64,000 nt of DNA from Phallusia mammillata (taxonomy: Eukaryota), in the NCBI GenBank assembly GCA_965637545.1, contig OZ281497.1, forward strand, positions 12,648,001-12,712,000, written 5' to 3'. Both the position numbers and the translations under genes were made by a program. The first letter of the stretch is position 1, and each line of letters begins with the position of its first letter. The notes under the pieces were generated by a model. It was not told the origin of the DNA. It searched no databases and saw only the letters and a program-made list of their open reading frames with translations. Shown here piece by piece: positions 24,615 to 35,043 of the stretch.

Positions 24615-25461
24615 AACTATTTACTATAGGTTATGTCGAAGATTTTTTTTACTGTTGCATGAACACGGTTTAATTCTAAACAACATGGGAGAACAAAAAA
24701 ACATCTTCGTGACTTAACATATAGTTCTGAAGTTTTTAAACCTGTATTTATCTGGCTTTTTACTTTGTATGTACCGTTGCATACAGTTTTATCATCTACT
24801 ATAGAATTGCTTATGGCTATCCTCTTACAAAAGAATCCATTTGTTTTGCTATCCTGTGTAGAAAGTTTGATTTGAATTACTGTTTCAAGTCGCGCATTAT
24901 TTTAATTTTGAAATATGTATTATAGACCAAATACCGATGCAGTCGCTATTTGGATTGGATGAATTACATTTTTTGTGTAACGCATTGTGTATAGTATGTT
25001 ATTGTGAAATATTATTTAGCTATACCATGGTCATGCGACCAATATACGATTTTTAAAGTAGTAGCAGGACTTAAGCGGGTTTCATTGATTTTTTTTAATG
25101 AATTTCTTTTTTCTAGATGTTTTTACGTTTCTCAAAATATGCAAATAAAATTGTTTCTCTTTCAACCGATAAGTTCATTGTGACAAGGGATTTGCTGTCA
25201 TAAAATATTTTTCTAAAACATCCATTATTTGAACTTGAATAATTAAAGAAGAAAAATGTTTAAAAAAAACAGTATAAACGAGATTTCTTTTGGTGTGGAA
25301 CCGTGGATGTGAAGCTAGTTACGTAAAAAATGCTACCCCTCATGAGGTTTTTTTTCCATTTAATCGCGGTAGTTTCCCTAAATGGGTACATTTTATATTA
25401 TTGTTTCCTCTGAGTTCCAACTGCTAATGGAATATTGTTTGGATTGAAAATTAACTGTTAT

Positions 25462-26592
25462 ATGTTCACTATGGCATATGGGTTTCAATGTAGTGGTGGC
25501 ATATGTATTGACCATTATGAATATGTAAGACATGTTTATCAAAAAACGAAAATTTCTGCTCAAGAAGAGTTTCAATCTTTTGGTTTTCAACACACACTAT
25601 TTTTACTCGAGAATCCATACATAAAAACAGCAGTAAGAGACGAAGATGCACCTGATTCATCCCAGAGAAAACCTGTGAGAAAAAGACATAAAAGAAAACG
25701 CAAGTGCCCATTTACAATTGAGGAAACATTGGCGATTGAACTCCATGAAAAGATTAAAGTCAGGCTCCAGGCATCTTATGATGCATTAAGACATGTTGCA
25801 AACGATCATTTTGGCTTTAGAAAATCAGGACAATTTAAAAAGGAACTAAATTTGTTACAGAAAGGAACACATTTTCCTCTTGACAGAATGAATAAATGTG
25901 TCATTTCAAATAAAAGCCCATTTGCGTTGCTAACTAAACATGAAAATCAACAGGTACTTATACCTGCAAACTGCAGGTTTATCGAATCCGATGTTAAAGA
26001 ATTGTTTCTATTGTTGGATGACTGTAAAACGAACAAGATGAAGTTTTCATGTGTACTAATGGACCCCCCTTGGAGAAACAAGTCTGTAAAGCGAGGCTCA
26101 AAGTATGAATGGCTTGATTTTGAGCAAATTAAAAACTTGCCTGTTCCAGCAATGACTCGCGACCATGGAATTGTAGCAGTTTGGGTTACCAACAAAATTT
26201 CAGTGATTAGATTTGTTACTGAGGAATTATTTTCTCATTGGAATGTCAAGACGTTGGGAAAATGGTTTTGGCTAAAAGTAACATCAATGGGTGAACTGAT
26301 TTATCCTTTAGAAAGTTTACATAAGAAACCTTATGAGATGATAATTATTGGGGAGTACTTAAGTAGTACATCCAATTCAATACTGTCATGTAAACACTTT
26401 AAAGAGGAGTATTTTTGCAGTATTCCATGTAAAATTCATTCGCATAAACCACCTATATACAGGTGGCTAGAAGACTTGGCATGTCAAGAAAATCCGCAAT
26501 ATTTGGAAATGTTTGCTCGAAACTTGACATCTAACTGGACGAGCTGGGGTAATAATGTTCTTAAGCTGCAAGACACAAGTTTGTTCAAATGA
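25462..26592 (+). CDS. METTL4: N6-adenosine methyltransferase METTL4 (MT-A70 family), single exon
   Basis: Uninterrupted ORF with catalytic MDPPWRNKSVKR, VAVWVTN, WFWLKVT, HKKPYE, HSHKPP and LEMFARNLTSNWTSWGN, plus a basic NLS-like RKRHKRKRK. The first in-frame ATG is at 25462 (alternative 25471). Confidence 0.92.
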   Translation: MFTMAYGFQCSGGICIDHYEYVRHVYQKTKISAQEEFQSFGFQHTLFLLENPYIKTAVRDEDAPDSSQRKPVRKRHKRKRKCPFTIEETLAIELHEKIKVRLQASYDALRHVANDHFGFRKSGQFKKELNLLQKGTHFPLDRMNKCVISNKSPFALLTKHENQQVLIPANCRFIESDVKELFLLLDDCKTNKMKFSCVLMDPPWRNKSVKRGSKYEWLDFEQIKNLPVPAMTRDHGIVAVWVTNKISVIRFVTEELFSHWNVKTLGKWFWLKVTSMGELIYPLESLHKKPYEMIIIGEYLSSTSNSILSCKHFKEEYFCSIPCKIHSHKPPIYRWLEDLACQENPQYLEMFARNLTSNWTSWGNNVLKLQDTSLFK

Positions 26593-27102
26593 CACATTGC
26601 ATGATTCATTTTTTTCAATTAAATGGTTTTTATATCAAGGCACTTGTTTAAATGGATTAGGAAAGTCATAGAAAAATAATACCTTTTGTACACTTATTTC
26701 AGTCTGCTTTTTTAGACTAAAAGTGTAATAATAGTGTTTTTCACTGCTACTAGCGACATCCACTTCGAACAAAAAATATAGTTTTAGTGTGTGTTAAACA
26801 ATTATGTACAACACATGACCAATCAACTGTTTTACACCTTTCATGGAGTGCAATGTGAGGAAATAAAACACATCAGTTTTAAGTACATTTGTATAAAATT
26901 TACAGCGAGTGTAACAAAAAAGTGACTATAAAAAAGCAATTTTGTTAGTCCCAACGTTGTGTTTTTACACAATTGGTTGTTTTCTTGCCAAACCTTCAGG
27001 TCATTTAAAAACATTTGTTGTACATTTATACATCCAAACCTGGTTCTCTCAAATAGTTTTAGGTTTGGGATAATTTTTTTTCTTGAACATGTTAATCAGG
27101 TT

Positions 27103-28125
27103 TTACGCCACATTTTCATCAACGGTGACGATTTCCGTTTCCGTCGATCGGTGAATGAGGTTCACACGTTTTACAGTCCCAGTTACTTCCCGGGTGTCAG
27201 TCATGCAAGGGTAAAGCCGTGTACGCCAATCAACAAAAGACACTATTATGCAGAATAAAGACATTAACATGTCAAAATCATAAAGTAGTGGACGAAGTGC
27301 ACTGAACGTTTTTGACAGGACGGTTATTGATAATAAACCACAAATTCCGTCAGTGGCCACTGTAGCAATAGCTGCAATGGTAACCCGGCGAATCAGCATA
27401 ATTTCCTTTTTATGTGGGCTCGTTATGTCCTTCATAGCCTTGTGGTGTATGTAAAGAGGATATATTAACAACCCTAACAAGATCACCTGGAACGTCACTG
27501 TAGACAAAAAAAGAAAAAGACCTGGGAGTTTATTCCATATTGTGCTCCAGTCTACGATGCATCCACGACTTGAGCTTGTGTACTTTCTTGTTGCGATGTA
27601 AAGCAAAATTGTAACGACATCAGCGGTGACCATAATAACTATAATTGACCAACTAAGGAAGCGGATAAATTTGTTTACCAAATGTTCCATTACAGGCAAC
27701 TTATAAAACTTTCGCTGTCTCACCCAAAGTACGAGGTACACGCAGGTTATGACCCCCGAATGAAGAACTGCCTTGAATGGTCGAATAACTGCACATGCTG
27801 CAGCGACATTTTGACCGAATGTGATCTCAAATAGTTCACAAATCAAGCGAAGAACCAGCAAAACACTTCCAATTAAGCACAGTTTTCTCATCCAGTCTGC
27901 CAAAGCGTCTTTTACATATCTGGACTGCCCTCTTGATCTTGTCAGGCGCAAACTTTCCTTGTTTTTGAGTTTGACTTTATATTCATAAACACTTAAAGAG
28001 GCAACAATATAGACTACAGCTGTCAATAGGAGAGAACAAATGACGATAGATCCAACAATATACCCATAATAATCGGAATTGTCTTCAGCTTCATGTAGTG
28101 TTTCACCAAAAGTTCCGTTTTCCAT
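27103..28125 (-). CDS. Intronless orphan 7TM receptor-like protein 2 (340 aa)
   Basis: Seven TM segments, AACAVIR (TM3 Cys), RGCIVD (ECL2 Cys), LWVRQRKFY, LLIYPL, SFVDWRTRLYP. Close paralogue of 30365-31384. Confidence 0.85.
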   Translation of the reverse strand: MENGTFGETLHEAEDNSDYYGYIVGSIVICSLLLTAVVYIVASLSVYEYKVKLKNKESLRLTRSRGQSRYVKDALADWMRKLCLIGSVLLVLRLICELFEITFGQNVAAACAVIRPFKAVLHSGVITCVYLVLWVRQRKFYKLPVMEHLVNKFIRFLSWSIIVIMVTADVVTILLYIATRKYTSSSRGCIVDWSTIWNKLPGLFLFLSTVTFQVILLGLLIYPLYIHHKAMKDITSPHKKEIMLIRRVTIAAIATVATDGICGLLSITVLSKTFSALRPLLYDFDMLMSLFCIIVSFVDWRTRLYPCMTDTREVTGTVKRVNLIHRSTETEIVTVDENVA

Positions 28126-29854
28126 CTTTAAATCAACCGAGTTGTGTTATTCTTCTCCTTGTCAACAGGCACAAAACGTTTTTTACTGAGTTTTAAATCT
28201 TTTATGTCTGTAATATAGTTTTCGCCACAAATTTATATTACCTCACGTTGGTGACCGTAATCATAGCCACAAAGTACTTGCTGACTAGCATCTAAAATCT
28301 ATCAACATTATACTGCATGAATGAACGCAACAAGGCTGCGGTAGTTTCCTTGCATCAGAAAGTTGTTTTGGCAGGGACGCGAAATACACAAAAGCTTGTG
28401 AGTGGGAACTGTGCTTAGACCATCGTGTTGTGCGTAATGATATCATCGTAAGTTGTGCCAATGTATCATTGGTGATTGTAGAACTACACATTTTTCTGTT
28501 GCTGTAAAACTATGCTTTGTGGAAGGCACCCAAGCAGTATATCGAGAAAAAACTTGTTTAGCGATGATATGTCACAACTCACAAACCCCGATATTGAATT
28601 TCATTTAACACATCTTCTTGGTGACCAATCTTTTTGTTTACTGCTGTTAACCGTCATCAGTTGCTTCCGGAAAACACCGCCAAGACTAATTATAGCAACC
28701 CAGTCATACTAACACGCAACTAAATGACACCCTTTTCCTTACCTAACCCACAACAAAACTAACGTAACACCGATGACTATCGAATCCCCGAGAGTACCAT
28801 GATTTTTTTAACGTAATACACAGGTGGCACGATCAAGAATCGTCGCTTTTTTAGACGCCTTACTTAACACAGCGTTTTGCAAAGCTTTTAGTACAGGCCA
28901 GCAAAAGGAGACCTCTTTGAAATAGAAAATCTTTATTTGAAGGTTTACATTGTAGAGCTGTTTGCCATCGTGAAACCTAAATACAATAAAATCCCAAAGG
29001 GTAAAATTGATTGTCGCAAACAAACGCATATTTTTGAATGTGTGTTTTGCACTCGTATTTCCCACGCCATTAGAAATGCATCTATTGTTTAATTTTCCAA
29101 TTTCTTTTTGCCCAGTTTTTGCAATATATCACAAAAATAATGTATAATATGATCAAAATCGCAAGGTGGGTAACTAGATTGATTGGAACTTGTGTTCTTT
29201 CGAAAAACAGCTGTCGTTTAATAATATACTCTACGTGGCGCTAAAAATGCGTAGGCCTATAGGCTATGTTAACACTTAACCTGTGTTTCAAAATAGGCTA
29301 CGGTATTGAATATAATAAAAACGTGTTTGGACACTTTATACATTTTTCTGAAGAAATGATCTCATACACTTTGTTTATGTAATAATACACATGTCATTCT
29401 TTTATGCCACTCGCCATGTTTTTTATGTACAAGTTTTATTTTTATTTCCTTGTCGATTTCGGTCTGAAAAGATGGTCGTGACCACGACAAACGTAAGCTT
29501 TGATCACACATGATCGTGCAAACAAAGAAAAATGTTTGTAAAATCGTCGCGATAATTTTCCACAACGACAAAGTGTTTTAAAAACTGTCAACATTATCTT
29601 TGATTTAGTTTTCAACTATTGGCTGAAATAATAAGCATCACTGTCTATGAGTTCAATCTTGTAAAATATGCAAATGTGTGTGAACAGTATTACTTTTTAA
29701 GCACACGTAAAAAGCAAACCAAGATTTTCGGGTTATAGCAGACGGGCAGAAGTTAACACTTCTGGGTACAGAAATTACAATGTAAAAAGCAATAGATGAC
29801 GGACAAATTAATGCATTTGAAGTAAATTTGTACACTGTTAGGGTTGGTCTAGAA

Positions 29855-30082
29855 CAGGGGTTCCCAACCTGTGGTACGCGTACCACTAGTGGTTCGACCG
29901 ATTGATGGACAGTAGACGAAAACCTAAATCTCATTAGGTTTAGTTGTGGTGCTTTAGTTTTATTTCAGTAGGCCAATGTTATTCTTCTGAATAAAATATG
30001 ATTCGATCAAATGAGTTGTTCTGCAAGAAGTGGTACAGAGCGTCCAAGTGGTACGGGATCGTAAAAAGGTTGGGAACTGCTG
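29855..30082. mobile_element. hAT (Charlie-type) MITE, 228 bp
   Basis: TIRs CAGGGGTTCCCAACCT / AGGTTGGGAACTGCTG. Perfect 8-bp TSD GTCTAGAA (29847-29854 and 30083-30090), matching the NTCTAGAN preference of Charlie/Buster elements. Confidence 0.88.
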
Positions 30083-30364
30083 GTCTAGAAGTAATGCTCT
30101 GGAGATGGCGAACTGAAATTTATCTTGTTTTGGCCACGGAGTTAAAATACGAACAGTATCTTTTTTACTTGTCAAAAAAACATTGCCAACCGGTGTGTAC
30201 CAACATTTCTTTTGTGGATGGTTGATAAATTGACTTAAATGACCAATTTATTTGTCAGCAAAATAATGTACAAACAATCCTAGGTACAATGAATTGAGCA
30301 ATACATTTTTTTTTGAATTTTGTACAGCTGTATACATGATGACCAATAATGATAAAAAGGTACA

Positions 30365-31384
30365 CTACATTGCAGTTTCATCTACTCTGTGATTTTCGGT
30401 TTCATTCGAACCCAGGCCTGGCCTCATTCGCCTCACAGTCCCAGCCACTTGTGTGCTTTTAGTCAAGCGGGGATAAAGTCGCATGCGCCAATCCTTGAAT
30501 GAACATATTACGCAGAAAAGCGACACAATCATATCTATGTCAAAAAATATGTGGGTAAGAACACTAAGTGACTGTATAAGCAAAGTGATTGTCATGAGGC
30601 CACAAAACAAATCGGTTAGCACTGCGACAACAGCTGCGATGGTGACACGACGAATTAACAAAATGTCTTTTTTATTGGGATTTCCGATGCCTTTCATTGC
30701 ACGGCGGTGTTTGTAAATGGGGAGTATTAACAAACCCAACAAGATGATCTGAAGTGTTATTGTTGTCACAATTAGCATAAGACCAGGTGCAGCTTTCCAC
30801 ACCAGACTCCAGCCCACGATGCACCCTTGGTTTGAACTTGTGAACCGCACTGCAAAGATGTAAAGCGCAACTCCAACAACAGCCGCAGAAATCATAATTC
30901 CTATTATGGCCCAACTTAAAAAACCGGTACATTTGTTCACCAACGGTTTCATTACTTCTGATGTATACAATTTCCGTTGTCGAAGCCATAACACACAGTA
31001 GAGGCAGGATAGTTGAACTGTTTGCAGAATAACTTTTATTGGTCGAATAACTGCACATATGACATCCAGATCTTGGCCATATTTGATTTCAATAAATTCG
31101 CAAACCAACCGAGGCAGTATAAATATGCAACTAGTTAAACACAGATGTCGCATCCTGTTGGCTGAAATATCTTTTACCAACCCGAACTGCCTTGTACGTA
31201 TAAGTCGCTTGTTCTTTTTGTTCTTGTGGTTGACTCTGTATTCATAAATGCACAATGCGACAACCATGTATAGGTTGACAATTAAGAGCAGAGAGCAGAT
31301 GACGTAGGACAATATCGCTTGTCTTGAATAATCTTTGTTATTCTTTGTCAGTTCTGTGGTTTTGTTAAATTCTTCTCTATTCAT
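30365..31384 (-). CDS. Intronless orphan 7TM receptor-like protein 3 (339 aa)
   Basis: Seven TM segments, VICAVIR, QGCIVG, LWLRQRKLY, LLILPI, SFKDWRMRLYP. Colinear along its whole length with 27103-28125. Confidence 0.85.
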   Translation of the reverse strand: MNREEFNKTTELTKNNKDYSRQAILSYVICSLLLIVNLYMVVALCIYEYRVNHKNKKNKRLIRTRQFGLVKDISANRMRHLCLTSCIFILPRLVCEFIEIKYGQDLDVICAVIRPIKVILQTVQLSCLYCVLWLRQRKLYTSEVMKPLVNKCTGFLSWAIIGIMISAAVVGVALYIFAVRFTSSNQGCIVGWSLVWKAAPGLMLIVTTITLQIILLGLLILPIYKHRRAMKGIGNPNKKDILLIRRVTIAAVVAVLTDLFCGLMTITLLIQSLSVLTHIFFDIDMIVSLFCVICSFKDWRMRLYPRLTKSTQVAGTVRRMRPGLGSNETENHRVDETAM

Positions 31385-33888
31385 CTCAATAATCCTTTTT
31401 AGAAGTTTACAGCAGGTATATACGGGGTATTAACGATAAGTTATGTACAGTGAAACAAGTACCCAGCAGTAAGCAGTTGATATAAACCACCACGTCACTC
31501 CAACATGGTTTGATGCACGAATTTGCTGTTGTAACTTAAAAAATCTGGATTAGAAGATGTAGATTGTAGAAAATGCAGTTTTCTGTACGGATTGGCAAAA
31601 ATTTGCATTAACCGAAGCGTTTTGTTAAGAAGTTTTATTCGAATTGGGCAAAGATCTGGAAAAAAAGAATCCGGTTTAACCGAAGTTTGCTGTATTTCTA
31701 AAATATATAAAGTAAAAAAAGACGAACTTTAGTAAAAAAGGTTATCTATTCCCGAACGCCAAACAGTTGTTGTGGTTTAAAGGAAAACAGAAAGATTTTT
31801 GTAAGAATAACGTTTCTACTGTCACGTTTTTGTTTATGGAACTTTATCCATCAAGTGAGACATCGGAAACCGAAGGCAAGTTGCTTCATAAACGCGATGA
31901 GTTACTGTCCTTTCTGATTTTTCCAGGGATCGTCTTAAAACCCATTTCATCGATCATGCATAAACCAGCCGGATATTCTGGAGTTCAGGCAAACTCTGTA
32001 TGTGTTCTGATTTAATTGTGCTAAATATGCCAAATAGCCTGTATTGATTGCACAGTTGCGGATTTTTTTTATTAAAAAAATCCTTAGCGGTTACTCTTAA
32101 ACTGGGATGTTTGCTTCGTTTGTTTAAAAGTTTACCAACTTGTGCAAACGTGTATTTAAACTCACTGCATGTCACTCTGCGCACGGTGTTACAAGACTAT
32201 AGGGCTCAAGCAACTTGTCTTTTAAAAAAGCGTGATGTTACCAATCAAAATCTAATTTTAATCATCAAGCAAAAATTTTTTTTAACACGCCAGAGCTCAA
32301 AGCTAATATCTAACTGCCGGCTGAAATGTCAGTTTTTCCCCACCAATTTTTAAGTAACACATCATACTTAAATTTTTCGGCGTATTATGAAATCATGAAC
32401 ACAAAATCACTGCCCATATACCCTCTGTCTTCATTATTACCAAATATGCGACTGGTATACCAGCTCCAAACAAAAACCGACCACAATTATGGTTTCACTT
32501 CCTTGAAATCACGTGTGAAGTTTTATTCAATGTTTAACATAAACCTTTTGTGAAGCAATTTTTGTGACCTCAGGTGCGAAAGTTCACAAATCTCCAGAAT
32601 GACTTTCACTCATACATCTTCCATTCTCTTTTTGAGGCTTTTTCGCAGCCAAAAAAATCGTGCATTTTTATTTTAAGAACTATAATGACATAGGTTTTAA
32701 TAAATGGACTGCAATGTTTGTTTGACTCCAACTTTATAATTATTGACCCCTATCAGATTGGAAGTCCGTTTTCAGTGGGTTTAATCTTCCGGTAATAAAA
32801 ATCGGCCAGATATTTTCGGTTGTTTTTTGTCAAACCTTAGCTGCACTCCAAAAACAACCTATGTAATTTGCAGACAACACGGTTGGTGTTTTGTAAAGAC
32901 GATAATTTGCTAATTAATTACTCATTCATTGATTGGATGTTAAACTGTAGATGTAGAGGTTTATTTTATACATAAATAAGTTCGGACCAAATTTCAAAAA
33001 AGTTTGGGCCAAAACCAAAACCAAAATTTCCCAAAAGGCATCTTCGACCGCAATAATTCGAATTTCCAGCCCATTACTAGTGGTCAATTACAAATCAGTG
33101 CAGGATGTGGATACTGTTGTTGCTATGATAAAATAAGATAAATAACATTGCCTGACTTTCGGTTGTGAATCCCGTTATTGTACTTTAAAGCTTATTGCGA
33201 AAACTAGCTAGTGTTTTTTGCTGATGTGAGGCTTACCATATTTGGAAAGTCACTTGCCGATAATTTAGCGCTTGGCAAACAACAAGTGTGAAGTTCAGCT
33301 TTGGCACATAAAACACGGAATATTGATTTGATCAAAGACCTACAGATCCTCATGAAAGTTAGTGTTATTTTCATTTTAAACTTTTGGCTTTAACTATTTC
33401 ATATTCGAATTATTTCATCGACAAGATGGTCTCCATGCACAAAGTAAAATACAATTTATGTTCGATTTTTCGGCAGTACCCAATCGTTTACGGTTTTCAA
33501 AAGTCTGTTGAAGTATAAAAGGCAAACCATAAGTTTGTTCGTGTAGTTTCCATGTTGTGTACGGCACTTTTTGCTCTTACTGCAAAATCATGTTCCTTTT
33601 CCTAAAATGTGGAAAATAATGGCTCGGAATATCTATAGCATTTAGCTTATTGTGTGAACCAAATGGGGGCGCTGCTGAGCAAAGCAGCTTTGAAAGATAA
33701 AAGTGAAAAACGTAAAGTTTTGTTGTTACTCACAGATAAGCCGCATGCACGCGATTGCACTGGGCATATTTGTGCGCTAGTGTTTCTGGAATGTTGTTGA
33801 TACGCAGACTTGCCTAATTAGTGCGTTTTCACGTTTTCTGACAGCTGTATAGCAACTACCTCAACGAATTTTCCCACCAAGTTGCAGA

Positions 33889-35043
33889 ATGTCCACAACG
33901 CAAAGTTACAACTTTACGACTTCAGGTGCAAGTAATGCTAGTCATTATGACTTGACAAGATTTGTAGTCCTTGAAACTACAGTCTCAATTTTCACTCTTA
34001 TCGATGCTTACATCATTTTGTCTTTTCTGGTGTATGAATCCAAAAGACCGAAACGAAGCCGGGTTAGGTCGACAAGAAAATTGAAAGCCAAAGGACAGAT
34101 TTCAACTAGCACGTATGGAAAGTTGATGCGATTGGAAACTTTGTTAGCAGCATTTTTTCTTTTATTACGATATATTTGTGAACATTACGAGTTATTATCT
34201 CAATACGTTGGTTCGACTTCGTATGATTACTGCGATCTGGTGATGAAGCTAAAAATCGTACTTTCCGCGATTTGCCTCTCGCTAGTTTACGGATTTTTGT
34301 GGACTCGTCAAAACTTTTTTTACTCCGACAAATCCATGAAGCATTTGTCATCATGTACAACGAAGATAGTCAGCTCACTGTCCTTGATTTTTATGTTTTT
34401 TGCTGAAATCGTCTGCACCATCTTGTTCACCGTAACGCGATTTTATGTGATGACTCCCACTGGTTGTTTACTGACGCGGAGCACAATCCCAGATTACATC
34501 GCCTGGGTATGCCTCACTATTTCTACCGTTGTTTTCCAGGGCTTATTGTTTGGACTGTTTATTTACCCAATTCTACAGCATCGTAACGTGATGAACTCAA
34601 ACACAGCTCGAACCAAGAACTTTATGCCTCTTATTAAAAGGGCCACTGTGTCAGCAGCAGTTTGTATTTTGTCCGATATTTTAGGATCACTTCTCATCCT
34701 TTTGGTCAAAGACAGTCACAACATCGTACCTACACTGGTGTACGACTTCAGCATCCTGATTAATGTGATAAGTTTGATCGGTTCGTTTCGCGACTGGCGC
34801 CCACGGGTATGTGCATTTAGTGTTTGTGCAACAGATTGGGTACGAAAATCTGGTGACATCTCGGACTGTGAAACCTCGGGTTGGAGGCGTTCAACTTTTA
34901 ACAGAAGTGTATCAAGACCAGCAGAAACTGTTCCTGATACAACTGTGTGGTCAATTACAAGTTCTCAGAAGTCAAACCAGTCAAATGAACAACAACCCAA
35001 TGGGGTTTACAGCAATTTTTCAAACGTCGACGAACAGTTGTGA
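33889..35043 (+). CDS. Intronless orphan 7TM receptor-like protein 4 (384 aa) with Ser/Thr-rich C-tail
   Basis: N-x-T/S sites, seven TM segments, YCDLV (TM3 Cys), TGCLL (ECL2 Cys), LWTRQNFFY, LFIYPI, SFRDWRPRV. Acceptor-like TTGCAG lies immediately before A-ATG. Confidence 0.85.
   Translation: MSTTQSYNFTTSGASNASHYDLTRFVVLETTVSIFTLIDAYIILSFLVYESKRPKRSRVRSTRKLKAKGQISTSTYGKLMRLETLLAAFFLLLRYICEHYELLSQYVGSTSYDYCDLVMKLKIVLSAICLSLVYGFLWTRQNFFYSDKSMKHLSSCTTKIVSSLSLIFMFFAEIVCTILFTVTRFYVMTPTGCLLTRSTIPDYIAWVCLTISTVVFQGLLFGLFIYPILQHRNVMNSNTARTKNFMPLIKRATVSAAVCILSDILGSLLILLVKDSHNIVPTLVYDFSILINVISLIGSFRDWRPRVCAFSVCATDWVRKSGDISDCETSGWRRSTFNRSVSRPAETVPDTTVWSITSSQKSNQSNEQQPNGVYSNFSNVDEQL

Noticed and set aside
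25290-25360. Hairpin CCTCATGAGG followed by a T-run upstream of METTL4 (Pol III-like RNA?)
   Set aside because: No A/B boxes, Sm site or snoRNA boxes were recognised.
22255-25462. Operon hypothesis for co-oriented ZNF277, receptor 1 and METTL4
   Set aside because: CDS gaps of ~1.3 kb and ~0.85 kb, with different CpG states, are unlike tight ascidian operons.
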